Part shown: in pieces, positions 1-8,072 of the stretch | How positions within the stretch are numbered: position 1 is the stretch's first letter | Layout: the number at the start of each line of letters is the position of its first letter | Assembly (NCBI GenBank): GCA_964399575.1 | Contig: CAYNRI010000003.1 | Location: 8 to 64,007 of the forward strand | Source: an uncultured Rikenellaceae bacterium | GTDB taxonomy: Bacteria; Bacteroidota; Bacteroidia; Bacteroidales; VadinHA17 | Reading direction: 5' to 3' | DNA: 64,000 bases | Translations under genes and position numbers: made by a program | Notes under the pieces: model-generated | The model's database searches: none | What the model saw: only the letters and a program-made list of their open reading frames with translations | What the model was told of the DNA's origin: nothing

Positions 1-567
1 ATCTGTTAGTTATCCTTTTAAGTCCCTGAAAATCGCACAAAACAGGAAGAAGGGTGATGCCTCCCCCTCCCAAGAACCTCAGGTTATGTAACTTAGGTAT
101 ACAAAATAACAAATCAAGGGTATTCTTTAAAGATTACAGTCCCAACCAAATTTCACTTCTTACATCATCTTTGGAAGAGATGACATATCCATTCCTATCA
201 AGGATCTGGATGGATGGATTTTTGTAAAAGATTGACAAATTGACTTATAACTTGATTAATAATGGTTTCTTTTTGTCAAATGATTTTGTTGAAAAAGTTC
301 AAGAAGTTAATTTTACTCCTTGATTGTTAAGGCTTAAGAATGGCATTTAATGTGACCCGTATCCAAAATACTTATTACGATTCCCCTCTGTTTTTGACTG
401 TCATTGAAATTTTAAAATTATGAAATGGTTGTTACTCTTCCACTTTCGGTTTTGATTTTGCATGGTAAGAATTGAAAAATATGATTGATAAAAATTATGA
501 GATAATAAAATGCAACAGGCATCGCAGTTTAAATTGATTCCAATACATTAATTTTAAATTTAATCTT

Positions 568-1638
568 ATGAAATCACAAATATTTAAAAAGTCAGTTTTG
601 TTTTTATTATTAGTTATTTTCCCACTTTCCTTCTCGGATTGTGATAAAGAAGATGTCACTGAAGAAAAAGAATTCTGCGTTGTTGAAGTATCAACAGAAA
701 CCGAATGGGATTTTTGGGTGGCTGCAAAAGATGGTAGTAACTTCTTTTTGCAACATGAAAATAATAAACCGACAGCTGTTTACTTTCAACCTGATAAAAG
801 CCAGGATGGTTTTACTATATTTTTTAATGAGTTGGGCTTGCCATCAAAAGGAATAATAGATGATAACATAATATTACTTGAAAATTTCAGAAAGGATTTA
901 GTTGATGCAGCAATAATCAATTCAGAAGGTGAGATATCCTTCTTTAGGGATATCACAATCGACCACGATCTTACGCAATTTGTAACTGGGAATAAAGGCA
1001 ATACCTTAGATCAACAAGATTTGTTAGAAATTGCTGAACTATCAATTAGTGTTTTTTCTTGTGTAACAGCAATTATTTTTCCAAACCCTTTATCTGTATT
1101 GGCGTGTTCAGCTACTATTATTAAATTATTAGTTGCAGAGTTTGGAGAAGATATTGAATTTCTTCAATTCGGTTCGACAACTATAGATACTTATGTTAAT
1201 GCTCTTCAATGTATGCAATTACAAGTCTTAGATTGTTTCCTTGCCGCTGCGTCAACAGGATTAGCTATCAAGAACTCAGCACTTGAAGACTTGGAAGACA
1301 ATCAGGAAAACATGAGTATCGCAGAAGGTGTTCTTAATGGTAGTGCCGTGATAGATATTAAAAATACTACTTGGGATGTCACAATTATATTTAATGCCAC
1401 AACTACCTGGCATGCAGACGTTACATTTTATGAAGATGGTACTACAAAATATGATGAGCCTGCAAACCCGGGAGTGTATTTAACTTATGGAACATGGTCA
1501 CTAAATAATAATCAGATTCATTGGGATATAGGTCTTGGCTCATCTTATATATTTGATGGCACAATTAAAGATTATTCCATGAGTGGAACATTTGTCTATG
1601 CCGGAGAAATAAAAACATGGAGTGCTATTAAAAAATAA
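568..1638 (+). CDS. hypothetical exported lipoprotein, no recognisable family
   Basis: 356-aa ORF. It has a K-rich n-region and a hydrophobic core (LFLLLVIFPLSFS), then Cys25 followed by an acidic run (CDKEDVTEEKE) like Bacteroidetes surface-lipoprotein export signals. No catalytic motif recognised. Confidence 0.5.
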   Translation: MKSQIFKKSVLFLLLVIFPLSFSDCDKEDVTEEKEFCVVEVSTETEWDFWVAAKDGSNFFLQHENNKPTAVYFQPDKSQDGFTIFFNELGLPSKGIIDDNIILLENFRKDLVDAAIINSEGEISFFRDITIDHDLTQFVTGNKGNTLDQQDLLEIAELSISVFSCVTAIIFPNPLSVLACSATIIKLLVAEFGEDIEFLQFGSTTIDTYVNALQCMQLQVLDCFLAAASTGLAIKNSALEDLEDNQENMSIAEGVLNGSAVIDIKNTTWDVTIIFNATTTWHADVTFYEDGTTKYDEPANPGVYLTYGTWSLNNNQIHWDIGLGSSYIFDGTIKDYSMSGTFVYAGEIKTWSAIKK

Positions 1639-1792
1639 ATCATTAAATAGGTTTTAAAAATTCAGCCATTTAGCAGATTCTATTAATGGAAGAATGGATG
1701 GATTTTTGATTAAGAATGCAACGTAATAATCTCGTATCGTTCCAATTTTGATATTTTACAGGTACGTTTTGGGCTTCCCTGACTCCTTGATC

Positions 1793-1815
1793 TTCTTTGT
1801 GATTCCGGGGCGATT
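1793..1815. repeat. 23-bp exact copy of the tRNA-Arg 3' end plus 8 nt of flank (att-like direct repeat, distal copy)
   Basis: ttctttgtgattccggggcgatt at 1793-1815 is identical to 1973-1995. The proximal copy spans the last 15 nt of the tRNA and 8 nt downstream of it. Confidence 0.8.
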
Positions 1816-1979
1816 ATTCGCTTCCCACATCCAGGCGCTCATTTTTCCGCTCATGAGCTCGTCGCAGAGCTCCTCGGTTCGAACGCCTCCCACCCTTCTC
1901 GTTCTCATCGCCCCTGATCCTGTGCCGTCATTATGTTCCTGCCAAAAAAAAAAAAACAGCCTCTTGTGACTGTTCTTTG

Positions 1980-2053
1980 TGATTCCGGGGCGATTCGAAC
2001 GCCCGACCCACAGCTTAGAAGGCTGTTGCTCTATCCAGCTGAGCTACGGAACC
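1980..2053 (-). tRNA. tRNA-Arg (anticodon UCU)
   Basis: The reverse complement folds as a 74-nt cloverleaf: acceptor GGTTCCG/CGGAATC, D arm GCTC-AGCTGGATA-GAGC, anticodon arm ACAGC-CTTCTAA-GCTGT, T arm GGGCG-TTCGAAT-CGCCC, discriminator A. No encoded CCA. Confidence 0.9.
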
Positions 2054-2156
2054 AATAATTGGGTGCAAAAATACATTTTTTTTGGATTGAAACAAGAGAT
2101 ACATCCTCCTGACCTCTTTGTTATTTTCTGACCCCGGTCAAACATCCCCCTTCCCC

Positions 2157-2369
2157 CCTTCAAAGGGGGAATTGATCCTGCATCACCCATATTCTTTTAC
2201 AGTAGCAGGATTTCCGATTCGCATCAACCTTCAAAGAGGGAATTGATCCTGCATAACCCATATACTTTTACAGTAGTAGGATTTCCGATTCGCATCAACC
2301 TTCAAAGGGGGAATTGATCCTGCATAACCCATATACTTCTATACTAACAGTATTTCCACTTTGCTTTGC
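2157..2369. repeat. 71-bp tandem repeat, about 3 units, each starting with the hairpin core CCTTCAAAGGGGGAATTGATCCTGCA
   Basis: Units start at 2157, 2228 and 2299. Units 1 and 2 differ at about 5 positions, and unit 3 matches for about 40 nt and then degenerates. A related head (ACATCC..CC) lies at 2101-2156 and an inverted core (attccccctttga) at 2392-2404. Confidence 0.85.
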
Positions 2370-2406
2370 AAATCCACAGTCAGCAGAAACGATTCCCCCT
2401 TTGAGC

Positions 2407-4182
2407 CTATGTACCTTTAATATAATTGACCAGTCCCTTCTTTTCGATTATCTGTCCTAATTTATCCGAAAGCGGCATAAAAGTGAATTTCTGTGCTCCA
2501 ATATGAATGGCCCCTGAATTGAAATCGACTTCAACATTTTCACTGTTCTTGTAAGCTTCTACAGCTTCCTTGTGAACTATCAGGAGAAGCCCCTGGTTTA
2601 TCGATGAGCGGTAAAAAATCCTGTTGGCAGATTTCACAATAATCGCTTTGATACCTGCATGAGCAAGCCCTACAGAAGGATGTTCGCGAGAGCTCCCGCA
2701 GCCGAAATTCTCACCTGCAATTATTATATCGCCTTTTTCAACTCTCTTGCTGAAAGAAGGGTCAAAGTCAGCAAACAGAAGGGGTAAAATGGCATCAGGA
2801 TCAGAACTTAAAACATTATAAGTATGCTTACCGGCAAACATCTGGTCTGTGTTAAGATTATCGACATCTGAATAATCCCATATATTTCCATATTTCCGGT
2901 TCTCGCCTGCAGTTATCTGAAAGGTCCTGCTCTGAACTGTATCATATTGAAATACCTCATGCCCGGGCTGTACCCTTGGATCAGTTATCCTGCCTTCAAG
3001 AGCTGATTTTGCTACAGTGGCGGGAGATGCAAGAAAGATCTGAGCCAGCTTATTTCCCATACGTCCCGGGAAATTCCTGTTAGCTGACGATATTACAGTA
3101 TGTCCGTCTGCCGGTATACCCTGACCGGTCCCAAGGCATGGGCCGCATGAGGGTGTGAGGACATTTGCTCCGGCCTCTATCAGGTCAGTTATTATTCGTT
3201 CGTCAATAGCCCGAAGGAAAATCTCACGTGACGCAGGTATTATATTAAGCTGAAAATCCTTTTTTACTTTCCTGCCTCTGAGAATATCTGCAGCTATCCT
3301 CAGATCCTCAATCCGGCCGTTTGTGCATGTACCGATAAGTCCCTCGTGAACTTCAGTTCCTGCAACCTGACTGACAGATTTAATATTATCGACATTATGC
3401 GGAGCAGCAACTACAGGGAAAATATCGTCAAGGTTTATGTTTATCTCCCTTGTATATGAAGCATCAGGGTCGGCCCACACGCCATCGTATCCTATGCCTG
3501 TAAATTCAGAAAGCAATTCATCCGCGGGAAACACAGCATTTTTTGCACCCATCTCAGACGCAAGATTAGCTACTGTCATCCTGTCGGAAATACAGAGATT
3601 CTTCACTCCGCTTCCATGGAATTCGACAGACATATAGTTTGCCCCGTCAGATCCGATCATGCCTATAATAAACAATGCCAGATCTTTTGCGAACACTCCT
3701 TGCCTTAGTTTACCACTCAGGCTGATCTTTATCGAATGCGGGACCCTGAACCATGTTTCACCTTTAATCCAGATCCCTGCGGATTCAGTCCTGTCTATCC
3801 CTGCAGCGAATGTATTGAATGCTCCGGCAGTGGAAGTATGACTGTCGCTGCCAACTATCAGCATACCGGGTTTTGCATGTCTTGCCATCATCTGATGACA
3901 AATTCCCATTCCTGAATCATAGAACATTCCAATTCCCTGCTCTTTCACGAACTTCCTTATATCGCTGTACTGGGTAGCCAGCTTTGAATCGGCAGGCGGA
4001 GCATTATGGTCAAGAACTACAAGCAGCTGACCAGGATCAAGAACCCTGACTCCTCCCATTTTCTGGAAGGTCTTGAATATACTTGCAGTATTATCGTGTG
4101 TCAGAATTATGTCAGGCCGGGAAAAAACTATCGAGCCGGCTTCTGATCTGAAAATCTTTTCAGCAAATGTTTGTGGTTTCAT
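2407..4182 (-). CDS. aconitase-family dehydratase, fused LeuC-like and LeuD-like domains (paralog 2)
   Basis: Motifs GSDSHT, GTCTNGRIED, SCGPCLG (three Fe-S Cys ligands) and a C-terminal swivel-domain motif GENFGCGSSREH. I place the start at MKPQTF (ATG at 4182), 7 nt after the upstream stop, rather than at the track start 4251. Confidence 0.8.
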   Translation of the reverse strand: MKPQTFAEKIFRSEAGSIVFSRPDIILTHDNTASIFKTFQKMGGVRVLDPGQLLVVLDHNAPPADSKLATQYSDIRKFVKEQGIGMFYDSGMGICHQMMARHAKPGMLIVGSDSHTSTAGAFNTFAAGIDRTESAGIWIKGETWFRVPHSIKISLSGKLRQGVFAKDLALFIIGMIGSDGANYMSVEFHGSGVKNLCISDRMTVANLASEMGAKNAVFPADELLSEFTGIGYDGVWADPDASYTREININLDDIFPVVAAPHNVDNIKSVSQVAGTEVHEGLIGTCTNGRIEDLRIAADILRGRKVKKDFQLNIIPASREIFLRAIDERIITDLIEAGANVLTPSCGPCLGTGQGIPADGHTVISSANRNFPGRMGNKLAQIFLASPATVAKSALEGRITDPRVQPGHEVFQYDTVQSRTFQITAGENRKYGNIWDYSDVDNLNTDQMFAGKHTYNVLSSDPDAILPLLFADFDPSFSKRVEKGDIIIAGENFGCGSSREHPSVGLAHAGIKAIIVKSANRIFYRSSINQGLLLIVHKEAVEAYKNSENVEVDFNSGAIHIGAQKFTFMPLSDKLGQIIEKKGLVNYIKGT

Positions 4183-4189
4183 AGCTTTA

Positions 4190-6010
4190 TTATGCAAGCA
4201 GACCCCCGTTCTGATAAATTTCCATCTGGACAGCAGAAAAAGGGTCAGCAAATGTTTGTTTATTGCCTGAGATGTTCCTGATCAAACCTGTCCTGAGATC
4301 GATACTTATCTTATCACCATGTTTAAGATCAAGTACCTCAAATGATTTACACGTAAGTACTGGCAGTGCAGCATTAATTGCATTTCTTTCATAAATAGCG
4401 CCGAAAGATTCTGCCATAATTGCCTGTATGCCCAGAGAAAGGAAACAATCTACAGCCTGTTGCCGTGAACTGCCGCTGCCAAAATTTTTACCATGTACAA
4501 TTAAAATATCGCCGGTGGACGTTTCTTTTGCAAAATTCTCTTGACCGGCAAGGTTGTCAAAAGTATACTGTCCCATTTCCTTCATATCAGTAACTGCCAG
4601 ATATCTGTTATGAAAGATCATATCGGTATCAATATTATCTTTTCTTATTATCCGTATCCGTCCTTCAAGCATCTCAGGTTTAGGTGATTTTATCAGTCCT
4701 GTATGTAAAGGAGACACATGTTCATCTTTTGATAAGGATGAAGAAGAAAAGACTGCAGGTTGGGAGGGAATTTTATCAGGTGTTGTTATATATCCAGCTA
4801 TTGCCGAAGCTGCAACAACCTCAGGTGAGGCAAGAAATACATCTCCTTTACCCTGCTTACCAGGGAAATTCCTGTTCCCGGTGCTAATAGTCACCTCTCC
4901 CGGCCCGTTCTGCCCCACCTGGCCTGCCGCACAACCCGCACAGCCAGCATTTGAAACAAGAGCACCGGCATTCTTGAATGTCTCAATAATACCTTCCCAA
5001 AGGCATTGTTTCCATATTGCATCTGTAGCAGGAACAATCTTAAGCACAACACCGGTTGCCACTTTCCTGTCAGCCAGAACTGATGAAGCTGCACGCATGT
5101 CTTCAATCCTGCCGTTAGTGCAGCTTCCTATGAAAGCCGAATCTATTTTTTCCCCTATGACAGTATCTATATCTGTTACATCATGAGGTTGTCCCGGACG
5201 TGAGATCATTTGTTTAAATATTGAGATATCTATCTCACGTTTTTCCTGATATGCAGCATCCTCATCGGCAAAAACAGGCAGGAAATCTCGCTTTGATATG
5301 TTTCTGCAGTAACTTATTATATCCTGCGACGGAGGGAAAAAGATAATAATGGCTCCCATTTCAGTTGCCATAGAGGAGATAGTTATGCGCTGATCAAGAG
5401 TAAGCCTGCCGATACAATTTCCGTACATTTCTATAGCGTAACCCAGCAATGAATTCGCTCCGAAGATCCCAAGCATATTAAGCACAATATCCTTAGCCGA
5501 AATATTTTGCGGGAGATCTCCGGTAAATACAATTTTAGCGGATTGCGGCACCCTGAACCATAGTTTTCCTTTATTCCAGGCAGCAGCAATATCCATATCT
5601 CCCATTCCCTGTCCGAATGCACCAACAGCACCAAGGATATTGGCATGGGAGTCAGTCGATACTGCAGTTGAGCCAGGGGTAACAAATCCTTCATCAATTA
5701 GCAAATGGGTCCCTATTCCGGAATCGATATCGAACACCTTTATATTGTTCTCGCGGGCATAAAGACGGCATATATGCTGATTGACAGCATATTTCTGATC
5801 AGACCCTGTCGGGTTGCAGTCAAATGTGAAAAGGGTCCTGGCAGGATCACTTATTGACAGCATGTTATCCCTCAGATGCTTTACGACGTTTGCACCTCCG
5901 AAATCACGTGCAACACGCACATCGATAGTGATATCAACTATATCACCAGGTTTTACACAATCTTTCTCAGAATGAGAAGAAATTATTTTCTCAATTATTG
6001 TCATAGCCAT
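4190..6010 (-). CDS. aconitase-family dehydratase, fused LeuC-like and LeuD-like domains (paralog 1)
   Basis: Motifs STDSHA, GSCTNGRIED, NAGCAGCAAGQ and a C-terminal GKNFGSGSSRQQA. The domain order matches the downstream paralog. Confidence 0.8.
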   Translation of the reverse strand: MAMTIIEKIISSHSEKDCVKPGDIVDITIDVRVARDFGGANVVKHLRDNMLSISDPARTLFTFDCNPTGSDQKYAVNQHICRLYARENNIKVFDIDSGIGTHLLIDEGFVTPGSTAVSTDSHANILGAVGAFGQGMGDMDIAAAWNKGKLWFRVPQSAKIVFTGDLPQNISAKDIVLNMLGIFGANSLLGYAIEMYGNCIGRLTLDQRITISSMATEMGAIIIFFPPSQDIISYCRNISKRDFLPVFADEDAAYQEKREIDISIFKQMISRPGQPHDVTDIDTVIGEKIDSAFIGSCTNGRIEDMRAASSVLADRKVATGVVLKIVPATDAIWKQCLWEGIIETFKNAGALVSNAGCAGCAAGQVGQNGPGEVTISTGNRNFPGKQGKGDVFLASPEVVAASAIAGYITTPDKIPSQPAVFSSSSLSKDEHVSPLHTGLIKSPKPEMLEGRIRIIRKDNIDTDMIFHNRYLAVTDMKEMGQYTFDNLAGQENFAKETSTGDILIVHGKNFGSGSSRQQAVDCFLSLGIQAIMAESFGAIYERNAINAALPVLTCKSFEVLDLKHGDKISIDLRTGLIRNISGNKQTFADPFSAVQMEIYQNGGLLA

Positions 6011-6042
6011 TTCCCGGATTTAGTAAAATATCCAATAAAAAA

Positions 6043-6891
6043 CTATCTGAATTGAGCCCTGTAATCCCTTGGAGAGATACCTTCTGTTTTTCTGAATTGC
6101 TTATTGAAGTTCGAAATGCTTGCAAAACCACACTCAACTGCAATGTCGTGAACCTGATAATCAGTCTCGCGAAGCAGATAACAAGCCTTGTTAGTCCTTA
6201 CTCGGTTAAGATATTCAACGAAACCCGCGCCGCAATTCCTTTTAAAGAAGCGGCTGAATGTAAAGGGTCTCATCCTGGAAAATTTTGCAATCTTTTCAAG
6301 AGAAATCTGTTTAAAGTAATTTTCTCTTATATATGTATAAATCTCAGCCATCCTTTTATTGCCTCTTTCATCGTATGACTGTTTATAATTTTCAGAGCAC
6401 AGAAACTCTTTTTTTTCAGCGTTGCACAGTATCCTGATAACTGAGAAGAAATCAATCATTTTATCAAGACCATTATCATTGATCATCTGTACAAGATGTT
6501 TCTCAGCCGTTTTTGCATCATTGACTGAGAATCCCAAGCCCCTTTCAGCTGAGTTAAGAAGCTCATTCACAGATCTCATTTCATGCTGTGAAAGAAGGGC
6601 ATCTCCAATAGATGATCTTTTAAAATGCATCATGATCCCGTGTTTATCCGGCAGATCTTTTTCACTTTTGTAATAATTCCATGAATGAGGTATCTTTCCT
6701 GCAATAAGTACCATGTCATACTGGTCGAATAATTCAACGCTATCCCCGATTATCCGTGTTCCATTGCTTTTAATGTTGAGAACAAGCTCATATTCCGGAT
6801 GAAAATGCCAGATACCTGTCGTATCATCGATGTAGCATGCTGTAAATCCGCCACCGTCATTATAAGAAATCTGCTCGAGTTCTGCGACCAT
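6043..6891 (-). CDS. AraC-family transcriptional regulator (cupin-like N-terminus plus AraC HTH)
   Basis: The C-terminal dual HTH (FSRMRPFTFSRFFKRNCGAGFVEYLNRVR...ISNFNKQFRKTEGISPRDYR) is typical of AraC/XylS. It is co-directional with, and immediately upstream of, the two dehydratase genes. Confidence 0.85.
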   Translation of the reverse strand: MVAELEQISYNDGGGFTACYIDDTTGIWHFHPEYELVLNIKSNGTRIIGDSVELFDQYDMVLIAGKIPHSWNYYKSEKDLPDKHGIMMHFKRSSIGDALLSQHEMRSVNELLNSAERGLGFSVNDAKTAEKHLVQMINDNGLDKMIDFFSVIRILCNAEKKEFLCSENYKQSYDERGNKRMAEIYTYIRENYFKQISLEKIAKFSRMRPFTFSRFFKRNCGAGFVEYLNRVRTNKACYLLRETDYQVHDIAVECGFASISNFNKQFRKTEGISPRDYRAQFR

Positions 6892-7040
6892 GGTTTTGCC
6901 AATTAATCAGGGAGATATCAAATTTAAGGAATATTTTTCTCTTTTACCATGATGAAATCTGCTATAATAATTTTTCACATAAAAGTTTGATAATTAAATA
7001 TAATTGTGTATATTTGTTCCAAGCTCATGCTATTGGTAAT

Positions 7041-7238
7041 AAGAGGAGATGAGCAAGGGTTGGGAGTGAAAATCAACAGGATTGTATTGCAGACATTGAC
7101 TTTCACATCGGGGACCTGAGGTAAAGCGCCAGCTTACTATGGTTCCGTCCTTTTATCAGACAGTAGACACGGGAATTATTTTAGTAATTAAACCCGCTCC
7201 CTGATTTTCACAACCGCCCTTCCTCCTCTTATTTTTTT
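7041..7238 (+). ncRNA. candidate structured RNA of about 195 nt (6S-like long closing helix or novel leader), class unresolved
   Basis: Long-range pairings: AAGAGGAG 7041-7048 with CTCCTCTT 7223-7230, AAGGG 7055-7059 with CCCTT 7217-7221, and GTGAAAATCA 7066-7075 with TGATTTTCAC 7202-7211. The helix is followed directly by T7 (7232-7238). No ORF in the 460-nt gap. Confidence 0.35.
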
Positions 7239-7352
7239 GTCCCCCCTGAAAGGAAATATAACATTGTTCTGAAGCAACAGAATATAATTTCGGTTATCTT
7301 TGAGAATCGGGTATATTGGGAAACCTGATCAGGTTAATCCATTTTTCATCTG

Positions 7353-8072
7353 ATGAAGACATATATAAGGAGGAGAGAAAATAATGATACGCTGGTAATT
7401 TTATACGCCGGCTGGGGATGTGACGAGAATCTGTTCCTGCCAATGTTGAATGAAGAAATTGATTTCATCCTTTTTTACAATTATTCAGCCGATGAGGCTT
7501 TAGTTCTTCCTCAGATGAAATCATACAAAAAAAGCATATTAATAGGCTGGTCACTTGGTGTATGGGCGGCTCAATACCTTCTGTCAAAGACGGGAATTGA
7601 CCCTGATATAAGGATCGCAGTAAACGGGACACCTATTCCTGCAGATGACAGGTACGGGATACCTGTACGGGTCTTTGAAGGTACGCTCAATAATATTAAC
7701 GAAGAAAATATGCATAAGTTCTACTTCAGGATGTTCGGAGATAAGAAAACGAACGAACTGAACAGGGAGATGATACCAAAAAGAACGCTTAAGTCCCTGC
7801 ATGATGAATTAAGATGGCTTTACAACAGAATGATGGAACAGACTGATTCAGATTTCAGATGGGATTATGCTGTAACAAGTGAAATAGATCGTGTTTTTCC
7901 GGCTGAAAACACCAATAATTACTGGGCAAAAGAAAAAAACACAAGTCATATAATTCTGCCTGTTCCACATTACTTCTTCAATAACTGGAATTCATTTGCC
8001 GAATTCATTGATTTTGTTGAAAATTACAGGAAAAAAGGGAGGAGAAAAGCAAAAAGCAGTATCCTCACCTAA
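7353..8072 (+). CDS. DUF452 / BioG-like alpha/beta hydrolase (pimeloyl-ACP methyl ester esterase family)
   Basis: N-terminal LVILYAGWGCDENLF and the nucleophile elbow IGWSLGV match my recollection of DUF452/BioG. No other bio genes are nearby. Confidence 0.55.
   Translation: MKTYIRRRENNDTLVILYAGWGCDENLFLPMLNEEIDFILFYNYSADEALVLPQMKSYKKSILIGWSLGVWAAQYLLSKTGIDPDIRIAVNGTPIPADDRYGIPVRVFEGTLNNINEENMHKFYFRMFGDKKTNELNREMIPKRTLKSLHDELRWLYNRMMEQTDSDFRWDYAVTSEIDRVFPAENTNNYWAKEKNTSHIILPVPHYFFNNWNSFAEFIDFVENYRKKGRRKAKSSILT

Noticed and set aside
210-1708. 15-bp direct repeat atggatggatttttg (210-224 and 1694-1708) flanking the lipoprotein ORF as insertion-site duplications
   Set aside because: A single 15-mer match is about what chance would give among all pairs in an AT-rich 64-kb window. 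The flanks show no terminal inverted repeats or mobility gene.
1748-1969. 73-aa plus-strand ORF between the two att-like repeats
   Set aside because: It spans the duplicated tRNA fragment and the poly-A tract and gives a low-complexity Ser/Pro/Leu translation. It is most likely non-coding filler.
2157-2369. Regularly spaced repeats that might be a CRISPR array
   Set aside because: The 71-bp units are directly contiguous with no unique spacers between them. There are only about 3 copies, the third is degenerate, and there are no cas genes in the window. This is a tandem repeat, not a CRISPR array.
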